Positions 9,529 through 18,354 of a stretch of 64,000 nt of DNA are shown piece after piece. The DNA is taken from NCBI GenBank assembly GCA_965223705.1, contig OZ245015.1, positions 3,808,001 through 3,872,000 on the forward strand, in the 5' to 3' direction. The first letter of the stretch is position 1. Each line of letters starts with the position of its first letter. Under the pieces are notes generated by a model. That model worked only from the letters and a program-made list of their open reading frames with translations. It had not been told where the DNA came from and did not search any database. Source of the stretch: Myxococcota bacterium (GTDB lineage: Bacteria > Myxococcota_A > UBA9160 > UBA6930). The position numbers were made by a program, and so were the translations under genes.

Positions 9529-10257
9529 ATGAGCCAAGGGGGAGTCGTGGCCTCACTTCCGGATGACGAAGCGCGCTTCGAGCGATGTTTCGAACAGATC
9601 GCGCGTATCTCGGGCTGGGTCCTGCTCGGAATCCTGCCGGTCTACTTCTTCACCGTCGTGCAGGCGCCGATGGACCGCGTCCAAGGCATCGTCCAGAAAA
9701 TTCTCTACGTCCATCCGCCCTGCGCGTTTGCCGCCTACGCCGGGTTTGCGCTCACCGCGGTCTACGGGGCGCTCTTTCTCGCGAGAGATCGCGCTGCGTA
9801 CGATCGCGCCGCGGCCGCAGCCGCCGAAGTCGGGGTGCTGTTCTGCGCGCTGATGATCGTTACCGGGCCTATCTGGGGCAAAGCGACCTGGGGGCGCTGG
9901 TGGTCCTGGGACCTCCGATTGACCCTGACGTTGCTCCTGTTCCTGATCTATCTGGCGTACCTCCTGCTCCGAAGCTTCACGGAGGGCAATGAGCGGGCCG
10001 CGCGATTCTCAGCGGTCTACGGGATCGCCGGACTCCTCGTCATCCCCCTCAACTACTTCGCCATCGACCTGGCCGGCGGCCGCTCGATGCACCCCGAGAA
10101 CCTCGAGCGGGGAAGCCTCGGCGAGGGGATGGGACTTCCCTTCCTTTTGGGGGTTATTTCCGCCCTGATCGCTTTCGTTTACCTATGGGCGTTGCGGGTT
10201 CGGGTCGCGGGGCTATCCCAACAGACCGCCGCCTCGCCCAGAGAGGTCCCCTCGTGA
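9529..10257 (+). CDS. ccmC: heme exporter CcmC
   Basis: QKILYVHPP, TGPIWGKATWGRWWSWDLRLT (WWD domain), second His in SMHP. Confidence 0.93.
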   Translation: MSQGGVVASLPDDEARFERCFEQIARISGWVLLGILPVYFFTVVQAPMDRVQGIVQKILYVHPPCAFAAYAGFALTAVYGALFLARDRAAYDRAAAAAAEVGVLFCALMIVTGPIWGKATWGRWWSWDLRLTLTLLLFLIYLAYLLLRSFTEGNERAARFSAVYGIAGLLVIPLNYFAIDLAGGRSMHPENLERGSLGEGMGLPFLLGVISALIAFVYLWALRVRVAGLSQQTAASPREVPS

Positions 10258-10370
10258 GCTACGTGATCGCCGCCTACGGATTGGTCATCGCCGGTCTGGC
10301 GTCGTACGCCGGCTGGCTGCAGAAGCGGCGCAGGGAGCTCGAAGACGCGGCGCAGCGAGATCGTGGTTGA
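10254..10370 (+). CDS. ccmD: heme exporter protein CcmD (small membrane peptide)
   Basis: GTG overlapping ccmC stop; MSYVIAAYGLVIAGLASYAGWL then charged tail, typical YVxxAY CcmD pattern. Confidence 0.8.
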   Translation: MSYVIAAYGLVIAGLASYAGWLQKRRRELEDAAQRDRG

Positions 10371-10396
10371 CAAGCAGAAGAGCGGACGCCTATAAC
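10367..10396 (+). promoter_or_regulatory. near-consensus sigma70 promoter
   Basis: TTGACA (10367-10372), 18-nt spacer, TATAAC (10391-10396); unusual in this GC-rich background. Confidence 0.7.
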
Positions 10397-10402
10397 GAGG
10401 GT

Positions 10403-10674
10403 GGCTTCTAAGTCATAGTGTTTGCTCAAGAATTGTTCCCCCCTCCCCTTGGAGGGCCGTCGCGCCAAACGCCGGAGGCCCCAGCTTGAGAAGTCCGAAT
10501 CACGCTGCTTCCCGCTCGTTCAGAGCACCGCTCCGCATCGCGCGCGCATGCTTCCGTCTAACAGAAGCACAACACCGGCAAGAGACGATCACTTCCCCCT
10601 TCGGCCCGGGTGAAAAGTGCTGCCGAGTAAACACTCCGCGTAACCTTTCCGGGCCCGGGAGGCACATCTAAGCG
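10403..10674 (+). ncRNA. putative long structured 5' leader / cis-regulatory RNA
   Basis: Non-coding ~275 nt with stems CTCAAG/CTTGAG, CCCTCC/GGAGGG, TGCTTC/GAAGCA, CGGCA/TGCCG enclosing CACTT/AAGTG, and a hairpin over the GGGAGG SD. Confidence 0.4.
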
Positions 10675-11172
10675 ATGGCCAGTATGAAACGCGGCGTTGG
10701 GTATTGCGAAAACACCGACTGTGAAGATTACGCTAAGGGCGTCTTTCTTCTGAACCACGGGGACACCTTCTACTGCCCCCGTTGTCGACAGCTCGGGAAG
10801 GTCGAAAAGGAACGCGGTTTCTACACCGGAAGTTCCGACATCTTCAAAGAGGTCCGGGTCGAGTACAACTTCGATCCGATCAACGGCGTCTACCGCGAGA
10901 TTGCGATCGTGCGCGACGAGAGCCTCTGGGGCCGCAACAACGTCTACACGCTGCAGTCGCCGCTCATCAAAACCGAAAAACGGGCGCTGAAGGTCGCCGA
11001 GGCGATCCTCGCGAACCTGAACCGGTACCGCGGGTTGTTGAACGGCGATGAGATCCCGCGGACGACGGAAATCATCCTGTCGTTCGATGATCCGTTCGAT
11101 GAGTTCCAGCGAAAAGTCCGACAGCTCGGACGCGAACTCGAACAGAGCGGGCTGCGGGAAATGAGCCGCTAG
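10675..11172 (+). CDS. hypothetical protein with N-terminal Cys4 (putative zinc ribbon)
   Basis: Clean ORF with SD GGGAGG and strongly biased codons; C-x4-C...C-x2-C; family not recognised. Confidence 0.85.
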   Translation: MASMKRGVGYCENTDCEDYAKGVFLLNHGDTFYCPRCRQLGKVEKERGFYTGSSDIFKEVRVEYNFDPINGVYREIAIVRDESLWGRNNVYTLQSPLIKTEKRALKVAEAILANLNRYRGLLNGDEIPRTTEIILSFDDPFDEFQRKVRQLGRELEQSGLREMSR

Positions 11173-11175
11173 CCC

Positions 11176-11721
11176 TCAAAGCCCCCGAAGCCGATTCGTG
11201 AGATCGATGCGCGCTCCGGCGAGGATCGCGCCAAGGCCTTGGTGCTCGCGACGCTCGACCTCCACGGCGCCGCGCAACGCATCGTCGAGTGGACCAGCGA
11301 ACCAGGGAAACATCGTGTCCGGGAGCTCCGACACGCCGAACCAAGAGAGTCGCGGTGTCTCGGCGCTCGGTGTCAGCTCTCCACCCGAACACTCACATCG
11401 AAAGACCCACGCCGTGTGCGGGAGAAAACCGGTGCGGTGATAGCGCCCGACGAGTTCGGTGACGCGCACCTGCAAGCCCGTCTCTTCCAGGATCTCGCGG
11501 CGAACGCCTTCTTCGGGCGATTCCGCTTCGTTGACGTTGCCGCCGGGCAATTCCCAGCCGCGCAGGTTTGATCGCATCGAGAGGAGCACGCGGTCGCCAT
11601 CGCGGATGACGCCTTGGGCGACGCGCGACGGACCGCTCAATCGGTGACCGAAGAAACCCTCCCAAGCGTTGTAGGCGTAGTGCGGAACGACCTGGAGCAA
11701 GCGCCCGAGTCGTACGAGCAC
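11176..11721 (-). CDS. Nudix hydrolase
   Basis: Nudix box GGNVNEAESPEEGVRREILEETG. Confidence 0.9.
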   Translation of the reverse strand: MLVRLGRLLQVVPHYAYNAWEGFFGHRLSGPSRVAQGVIRDGDRVLLSMRSNLRGWELPGGNVNEAESPEEGVRREILEETGLQVRVTELVGRYHRTGFLPHTAWVFRCECSGGELTPSAETPRLSWFGVSELPDTMFPWFAGPLDDALRGAVEVERREHQGLGAILAGARIDLTNRLRGL

Positions 11722-11727
11722 GACCGG

Positions 11728-12606
11728 TCAGCCGACGATCTTGTTCAGCGGGTACTCGACGATGCCTGTGGCCCCGGCCTCGACCAGTTCCGGAAGCAGC
11801 TCGCGCACGACGGCTTCCGACACGATCGTATTGATAGCCGCCCAGTCGGTGTCGACGAGGTTCGACACGGTGGGAGCCGAGAGCGCAGGCAGGAGCTTGA
11901 GGACGCGATCGAGCCGCTCTCGAGGCACGTTCATCATGAGACCGACGCGGTCCGCGGCGGCGATCGCCCCGCGGATCAGCAGCAGGAGGCGATCCATCTT
12001 GGCGCGCTTCCACGGATCGGCCGAGGAGTCCCGGTTCGCGATGAAGCGCGGCGTGCTCTCGAGCACCGTGTCGAGGACGCGCAGCTGGTTCGCGCGGATA
12101 CTCGAACCGGTTTCCGAAACATCGACGATCGCGTCCGCCAAGACCGGCGGCTTCACCTCGGTGGCGCCGAAGGAGAATTCGACCTCGGCGCGGATGCCCC
12201 TCTCTTCGAGATACGCCTTGGTGAGGCCCACTGCCTCGGTGGCGATTCGCTTGCCCTCGAGATCTTTCGGGTCTTGAAACGGCGAGGAATCCTTCACCGC
12301 GAGGAGCCAGCGTACCGTTCGGTAGTTCGACCACGGCGCTTTCAAGTCCGCGAGCTCTTCGACATCGGCCCCGGTCTCGCGAACCCAATCGACTCCGGTG
12401 ATGCCCGCGTCGAGCACGCCCTGATCGACGTACCGGGCCATTTCCTGCGCACGGATCAGAACGCACTCGATCTCGTCATCATCGATTCGGGGATAGTAGG
12501 AACGCGAGGGGAATTCGATCTGATAGCCGGCGCGTTCAAACAACCGCGCCGTCGTGTCCTGCAGACTGCCCTTCGGAAGACCGAGTCGCAGCGGCCCATC
12601 GCTCAT
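11728..12606 (-). CDS. hisG: ATP phosphoribosyltransferase, long form
   Basis: LGLPKGSL, IRAQEM, DAGITGVDW, GATEVKP, ADAIVDVSETGSS; C-terminal regulatory domain. Confidence 0.96.
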   Translation of the reverse strand: MSDGPLRLGLPKGSLQDTTARLFERAGYQIEFPSRSYYPRIDDDEIECVLIRAQEMARYVDQGVLDAGITGVDWVRETGADVEELADLKAPWSNYRTVRWLLAVKDSSPFQDPKDLEGKRIATEAVGLTKAYLEERGIRAEVEFSFGATEVKPPVLADAIVDVSETGSSIRANQLRVLDTVLESTPRFIANRDSSADPWKRAKMDRLLLLIRGAIAAADRVGLMMNVPRERLDRVLKLLPALSAPTVSNLVDTDWAAINTIVSEAVVRELLPELVEAGATGIVEYPLNKIVG

Positions 12607-13019
12607 TTCTTGTACACCTCGGCGGGATCGAACACTTGAACACCGACATCTCGGAATCCCGTCGCCTCGAGTTTGTTGAAAAAGCAACTGCGTTTGCCGG
12701 TGTGGCAGGCGGCATCGCCGCGCTGCTCCACACGCAACAGCACGGCGTCCCCGTCGCAGTCGACGTAGATCCCTTTGACCACCTGCACGTTGCCGCTCTC
12801 TTCACCTTTGTGCCAAAAGCGTTTCCGCGACGTGCTCCAGTAGACGACCTCGCCGCATTCGATCGTTTTTCGCAGCGATTCTTCGTTCATGTAGGCCACC
12901 ATGAGGATCTCTCCGGTGGCGTCGTCCTGTGCGATAGCGGTGATCAGGCCGTCTCGTTTCGCGAAATCGAGCACGCCCGAGGTCAGTGCGCCTGCTTCTA
13001 GAGAGGGTTTCAAGTCCAT
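12603..13019 (-). CDS. hisI: phosphoribosyl-AMP cyclohydrolase (monofunctional)
   Basis: LMVAYMN, YWSTSR..WHKGEESG, DCDGD, ACHTG..SCF; no HisE domain. Confidence 0.96.
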   Translation of the reverse strand: MDLKPSLEAGALTSGVLDFAKRDGLITAIAQDDATGEILMVAYMNEESLRKTIECGEVVYWSTSRKRFWHKGEESGNVQVVKGIYVDCDGDAVLLRVEQRGDAACHTGKRSCFFNKLEATGFRDVGVQVFDPAEVYKK

Positions 13020-13032
13020 TGGGGCGGCGAAT

Positions 13033-15573
13033 CTACAGGGCGCCGAGGGAGGCTGCCAGCCGCTCGAGCAAACCCGGAAGATCCTCGAAGCGCGGGCCTC
13101 GCGCGTACAGGCGCTCTTTCGGCTTGTCCCCACTCGTGCGGACCAAGACCTCCCTTCGAACGAGAAGTTCAAGCGCGTTGCGGAATCCGACGCTCGTCCA
13201 CGCCTCCCGTCGTTGTACTTCGCCGAGCAGAGCGGCTCTTTGGAAACCGAGCTCCGCGGTCTTTTCGAGATCATTCTCCGACGTGCCGTCCTCAGCCATC
13301 GAAACGGCCTGCAAGGACACGTGGTACGACTCGATCAAGCTCCGGGTCTGCTCTGCGAGGAAGCGGAAATACGGTCGGCCTTTCTCGGTCGGGTACAACC
13401 GTTCGTCGACGACTTCGAGTGCACCGATTCGCTCGAAGTAGTCGAGGAAGGCATCGACGTGGAGCGCCATGACCATTCCGGTCGGTGCGAACAGCTCGCT
13501 GTAGAAGAACTCGAGCCAGAACTGGAGGTCGTCGCGAAGCTCAGCGCGCGAGACTCCCGAGAGGATTCTCCGCGCGGCGAAGCTCGGTGTGGCGAGAAAA
13601 TGCGCGATGACGTTTCGATAGACGTCGAGAGCGCGACGTTTTCCCTCCTCGAAGTAAACGATCTCGCCGCGCGGATCTTCTTCGACTTTCACGAGATCGG
13701 CGCGAACGAGAAAGTCGATCGACTCTTTGAACTCGGTTTCGATTGCGGCGAGGGACGACGTCATCGGCACGTCCTGCAACCGCAAGAGATCGGCGATCTC
13801 GCGCATCCGCACCACCAATTCCGTCCGGAACAGGCCTCGGGGGCTGCCGCCGAGCAAGGCGGAAGCGGCAACCGCGGTGCCCGTCGCCACCATCGACCAA
13901 TTGATTCGTTCGACGATCTCGTTGCCGAGTTCTTCGATCGCGGAACGCCTCGCCTCTTCAGTTCCCGCCGCCCTGAAAGCGCCCCCTCGTCGCGCGAGAA
14001 AATCGGCGACGGAGATGGGCTCGCCGAAGCGAACGTGCGCCGAGCCGAAGCGATTGCGCAGGAAGCGACGCGCGCGGACAAGACCGGTGACGCTCTCCTC
14101 GCTCTTCTCGCCGCCCTCGAGCTCCTCGATCATGCTGCTCTCTTCTACCAGGCGCTCGTAGCTGATCCCGATGGGCACGAAGAACATGTCGCGGCGGCCG
14201 GCGTCGACGAACGCCTCGAGAATCCAGGAAAGAATGCCGAGGCGGGGCGCCAGGCTTTTCCCCGTGCGCGATCGACCTCCCTCGATGAAAAATTCCTGTG
14301 TGTACCCCTCGCGAACCAAGTGAGCGAGGTAGGCGCGGAACACCGCTTTGTACAAGTCGTCGCCAAAATCTTTGCGGAGGAAAAACGCGCCAAGGCGTCG
14401 GAACAGGAACCCGAATGGACCGAACGCCATGTTCTCCCGGGCGGCGACGTGAGGCGGAACGAGATAGTTCCGGTAGAACAGCCACGACAGAATCAGGAAG
14501 TCGAAATACGAGCGGTGGCTCGGGACCAGGATCACCGGGTGCTCTCGCGCGTACTGCGCGACTCGTTCGAGCCCGGTCGCGTCGATCGAGGCGAACAACC
14601 GACGGAAGATCCAGCCGGTCAACGTGTTCGCGAACGCCATGAGACTCGGGTTCAAGTTCGCCGCGATTTCCCGAACGATCTTCTCCGCCTCGTTTCGATT
14701 CGACGCGAGGCTTCCCCCCTGGCTCTCCATGCGTTCGCTGATCGCTTGCCGCACGCCCGGATCGCGAAGCACGATGCGCTGCACGCGATGGACTGGCCGG
14801 AGTCTGGGCCCTTCGACGACGCGCTCTTCGGCGGCGAAGAACTGCATCGTCCGGCGCCGCAGAGACCGGACGGCGGTGCGGGTCGACGTCGCTCCGAGCC
14901 CGGCTCGAAAGTCCCGAATCGAGATCGCGTCACCGAGCTTGATCGCGAGATCGCGGTACGCGATGAGAAAGGACGAGATCTTCGCGAGATCAGACGGCCT
15001 CGAAACGCTGCTGTAGGGCAAGTTCACAAAGCGACGCGTCGGCAGAGGACCTTTGCGCCAAAACAGTGCGATCGGGACGACGTGCACTTCGTGCTCGGCC
15101 GTCTCTGCCGCGCGCAGGACTTCGGCCATCAAGTCGAGACGGCGTTGGCCGCGCTCGACTTCTTCGCGCCGGCTCCTCAGTCGATCGCGAAGGCGCGCCG
15201 TTCGGAGAAACAGGAACAGGCTCTGCCCCTCGCCGACGATCCCAGAGACGCGGGCGCGCACCGCTTCGGGCGAGCGATCGCCCCCGCGGAACCAGCAGCG
15301 AAGCGCGTCAAAGAACCGGCGGTAGTAGAAGAAGCGGATGCCGTTCGCGTACTGCGACAGTCGCAGCCCTTCGCGGCGAAACAGGAAGTTGAACAGGAAG
15401 TAGTCGAGCCGGCTCGCGTAGCGCATGACGTAGACGATCGAACCCGCCGCCTCGAGCCCATGCAGGCGCTCGAGATCCGCGTCGGGAAGCCGGAAATGTC
15501 GGAAGTAGCGCCTCGCAAAAGCCCTGAGCGGCCAGTTGAAGCGCTCGGTCATCGCCGAGAGCGGATCTCTCAC
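13033..15573 (-). CDS. plsB: glycerol-3-phosphate 1-O-acyltransferase PlsB-like
   Basis: PSHRSYFD (HxxxxD), GAFFLRK, FFIEGGRSRTGK, VPIGISYE; start may be up to 15645. Confidence 0.88.
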   Translation of the reverse strand: MRDPLSAMTERFNWPLRAFARRYFRHFRLPDADLERLHGLEAAGSIVYVMRYASRLDYFLFNFLFRREGLRLSQYANGIRFFYYRRFFDALRCWFRGGDRSPEAVRARVSGIVGEGQSLFLFLRTARLRDRLRSRREEVERGQRRLDLMAEVLRAAETAEHEVHVVPIALFWRKGPLPTRRFVNLPYSSVSRPSDLAKISSFLIAYRDLAIKLGDAISIRDFRAGLGATSTRTAVRSLRRRTMQFFAAEERVVEGPRLRPVHRVQRIVLRDPGVRQAISERMESQGGSLASNRNEAEKIVREIAANLNPSLMAFANTLTGWIFRRLFASIDATGLERVAQYAREHPVILVPSHRSYFDFLILSWLFYRNYLVPPHVAARENMAFGPFGFLFRRLGAFFLRKDFGDDLYKAVFRAYLAHLVREGYTQEFFIEGGRSRTGKSLAPRLGILSWILEAFVDAGRRDMFFVPIGISYERLVEESSMIEELEGGEKSEESVTGLVRARRFLRNRFGSAHVRFGEPISVADFLARRGGAFRAAGTEEARRSAIEELGNEIVERINWSMVATGTAVAASALLGGSPRGLFRTELVVRMREIADLLRLQDVPMTSSLAAIETEFKESIDFLVRADLVKVEEDPRGEIVYFEEGKRRALDVYRNVIAHFLATPSFAARRILSGVSRAELRDDLQFWLEFFYSELFAPTGMVMALHVDAFLDYFERIGALEVVDERLYPTEKGRPYFRFLAEQTRSLIESYHVSLQAVSMAEDGTSENDLEKTAELGFQRAALLGEVQRREAWTSVGFRNALELLVRREVLVRTSGDKPKERLYARGPRFEDLPGLLERLAASLGAL

Positions 15574-15649
15574 AGCGTGTCGCTCTTTGCCCAGAGCGGA
15601 TCCTTCATGCGACGTGAAGGTCGCACGAGGCGCCCGGAGGAGCAATCAA

Positions 15650-16498
15650 CTACGCGAAGAGAATGGTTCGAAAGCGTGCGAACCTCGCGAACCCCAACCC
15701 CTCGTACAGGCGCTGCGCCGGGAGATTGCCCTCGACCACCGCGAGCTGCACGTGGGAGGCGCCGGCCTCAAACGCCATTCGACACAGTTGCGAAACGCCC
15801 GCCGCAGCGAGCCCGTGCCGTCGCTTGTCGAGCGGCGTGTACACACCCTGGAGCAGCCAACCCGATGGGTTCTTGATGTCCGCGTAGCCGACGAAACCGA
15901 GGACGCCGTTGTGCTCGAGGACCTGCGCGCGCGGAAGCCGCGCCGCGACCCAGGATCGAAACGCCGCAGGGTCACCGCGAAACGGATCGGGACGATCTTC
16001 TTCGCGGAGGCTCTGCCGCGCCGCGTCGACGAGCTCCGGGAGGTCGCTCCTCTCTGCCGCTCGCCCCCTGGCACCTTCGGGCAGCGGTGCCTCCTTCAGG
16101 GTGTCGGGACGAACGGCGTACCCCCACTCGATGCGGTCGAGGGCTTTGCGCCGGCCGGAAGCGCGAATCCCCGACCACAGCGGGTCCGCCTGCGTCACCG
16201 GAGCCTTGATCAGACCCGAGGTCGTCGAGGCGAAGTACGGGAGAAACGCGCTGACCCAATCGGGAGCCGCGTCGACTTCGAGTGCCATCAGGGGCTGAAG
16301 CGTCGCGACGCAACCGATGCCCGACGGAGATTCGCCTACGAGCACCTGCGCTTCGGGCTCGCCGGGTTGCGGCGGGCGTCCGATGCGCTCGGCCGCATCG
16401 ATGAGCAGCAGATTGTCTCGCGAGCGGCGCCTCAAGCGATCGAGGATGGCTTCACGATCGGAAGGTTTGGCCCTCCGAATCACGGGGTCGAACGACAC
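15650..16498 (-). CDS. GNAT family N-acetyltransferase
   Basis: C-terminal QGVYTPLDKRRHGLA and NLPAQRLYEGLGF motifs. Confidence 0.85.
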   Translation of the reverse strand: MSFDPVIRRAKPSDREAILDRLRRRSRDNLLLIDAAERIGRPPQPGEPEAQVLVGESPSGIGCVATLQPLMALEVDAAPDWVSAFLPYFASTTSGLIKAPVTQADPLWSGIRASGRRKALDRIEWGYAVRPDTLKEAPLPEGARGRAAERSDLPELVDAARQSLREEDRPDPFRGDPAAFRSWVAARLPRAQVLEHNGVLGFVGYADIKNPSGWLLQGVYTPLDKRRHGLAAAGVSQLCRMAFEAGASHVQLAVVEGNLPAQRLYEGLGFARFARFRTILFA

Positions 16499-16714
16499 CT
16501 AATCGATCAGCGCGAGGATCGCCCCTTCCTCGATGCTGTCGCCTTCGTTGACGCGAAATTCAGCCACGCGCCCATCGCACGGCGCTTCGACGGGGATTTC
16601 CATCTTCATCGACTCGAGGATGATCAGAATGTCTCCCTCGGAGACGCTGTCGCCCACGGCCTTCTCGATCTTCCACACATTGCCCGTGATCTGGGCCTCC
16701 ACCTCCGTCGCCAT
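16499..16714 (-). CDS. stand-alone biotin/lipoyl carrier protein
   Basis: 71 aa; ILESMKMEIPVEAP biotinylation motif. Confidence 0.9.
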   Translation of the reverse strand: MATEVEAQITGNVWKIEKAVGDSVSEGDILIILESMKMEIPVEAPCDGRVAEFRVNEGDSIEEGAILALID

Positions 16715-16810
16715 TCCGCACCTCCTCGTTAGGTCGCGCGCCTAGCATAACCCGCGGCCGAGCCTTGGCCGGGACGAGGTGGCCGCTACCTTCGAGGGTC
16801 CGGAGTTTTC

Positions 16811-18307
16811 ATGCTCGAGACCCTGACCACGGGCTTCAAGAATGCCCGCGAGCGCCTGGCCGGCGCCCGCCAGCTCACCGACGAGAACGTCGGGGAAGCG
16901 CTTCGCGACGTGCGCATGTCACTTCTCGAGGCCGACGTCGATTTCGAGGTCGTGAAGAGCTTCTTGGCGCGGGTCAAGGAGCGGAGCCTCGGCGAGAAGG
17001 TGAAGACCCGGGTCAAGGACGCCGCCGGCCGGGTCCATCGGGTCACGCCGGGTCAGCACTTCGTCTCGATCTGCGAGCAAGAGCTCGCCGAGCTGATGGG
17101 CCCCGTCGATCCGGAGCTCTCCCCGAAAGACGGCGTGGCGTCGATTATGCTGGCAGGCCTGCAGGGTGTGGGTAAAACCACAGTCGCCGCCAAGCTCGCG
17201 AAGCACCTCAGCGATCAGGGAAAGAAGACTCTCCTCGTCGCAGCGGATACCTACCGACCGGCGGCTGTCGACCAGCTCATCACCTTGGGCGGGCGAATCC
17301 ACATCCCGGTCCACACGGGCGCGCCCGGCGATGCGCCGCCCGCGATTTGCGCCGCAGCTCGGGAGCGGGTTCGACGCGAGGGATTCACCGCCGTCATCTA
17401 CGACACGGCCGGGCGGCTCGCCGTCGATGAGTCCCTGATGGCCGAACTCGCGGAAATCCATCGGGAAACGGCGCCGGCCCACACGCTGTTGGTGTGTGAC
17501 GCCCTGATGGGCCGTGACGCGGTCAACGTCGCCAAGGCGTTCCACGAGCAGCTGCCGCTCGACGGTCTCATCCTGACCAAGCTCGACGGTGACGCACGCG
17601 GCGGGGCGGCGCTGGCGATCAAGGCCGTCACCGGTGTGCCCATCAAGTTCCTGGGCACCGGTGAAGCCCTCGATCGTCTCGAGAGCTTTCGCCCCGAAGG
17701 GCTTGCGTCGCGCATCCTCGGCATGGGGGATGTCGTCGGGCTCGTCCAGGATTTCGAAGCCGTCGTCGACGCCGATCAGGCGGAGAAAGACGCGGAGAAG
17801 CTCCTGTCGGGGCGCTTCGGAATGGACGACCTGCTCTCCCAGCTCCGCGTCATCCAAAAAATGGGGCCGCTGCGAGACGTCCTCGGGAAGTTGCCCATGT
17901 TTGGCGACATGGCCGAAAAGGTCGACCCCCAGGAGCTCGTCCGGGTCGAGTCCATGATCCAATCGATGACACCGCGAGAGCGCAAGCTCCCGGAGGAAAT
18001 CGACGCGAGCCGAGCCCGGCGCATCGCCCGCGGCAGCGGGCGGAGCGAGAAGGACGTCAACGGACTGATCGAACGGTTCGGGCAGATGCGCGATCTGATG
18101 GGACAACTGGGTTCCGGTAAGGGACCCTTCGGAAAGATGGGACTCGGCGGTTTGGCGGGCGCCGGGGCCGGCGGGATGGGCGATCCCAGTATGCTCGGTG
18201 GCTTCGGGGGCGCAGCTGCACCCCGGGTCGACAACAAGCGCCGGCAAGCACAGAAACGGAAGCGGAAGCAAGCGCGCAAGGACCGGAAAAAGCGCCGGAA
18301 GCGCTAG
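16811..18307 (+). CDS. ffh: signal recognition particle protein
   Basis: LLEADV, GLQGVGKTT, DTAGR, TKLDGDARGG; M domain SMT..ER..RRIARGSG. Confidence 0.97.
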   Translation: MLETLTTGFKNARERLAGARQLTDENVGEALRDVRMSLLEADVDFEVVKSFLARVKERSLGEKVKTRVKDAAGRVHRVTPGQHFVSICEQELAELMGPVDPELSPKDGVASIMLAGLQGVGKTTVAAKLAKHLSDQGKKTLLVAADTYRPAAVDQLITLGGRIHIPVHTGAPGDAPPAICAAARERVRREGFTAVIYDTAGRLAVDESLMAELAEIHRETAPAHTLLVCDALMGRDAVNVAKAFHEQLPLDGLILTKLDGDARGGAALAIKAVTGVPIKFLGTGEALDRLESFRPEGLASRILGMGDVVGLVQDFEAVVDADQAEKDAEKLLSGRFGMDDLLSQLRVIQKMGPLRDVLGKLPMFGDMAEKVDPQELVRVESMIQSMTPRERKLPEEIDASRARRIARGSGRSEKDVNGLIERFGQMRDLMGQLGSGKGPFGKMGLGGLAGAGAGGMGDPSMLGGFGGAAAPRVDNKRRQAQKRKRKQARKDRKKRRKR

Positions 18308-18354
18308 CCAGGCTGCATCAGGTCGGACGGCTGGCGGCCGATACAAAGCCGAAG

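Noticed and set aside
10422..10671. Small ORFs (63 aa and 61 aa) in the leader, and a match to cobalamin or c-di-GMP riboswitches
   Set aside because: The ORFs have TTG starts with no convincing SD and atypical composition, and the conserved riboswitch cores were not found by eye.
12901..15876. 991-aa plus-strand ORF
   Set aside because: Antisense shadow of plsB in high-GC DNA, with no recognisable motifs.
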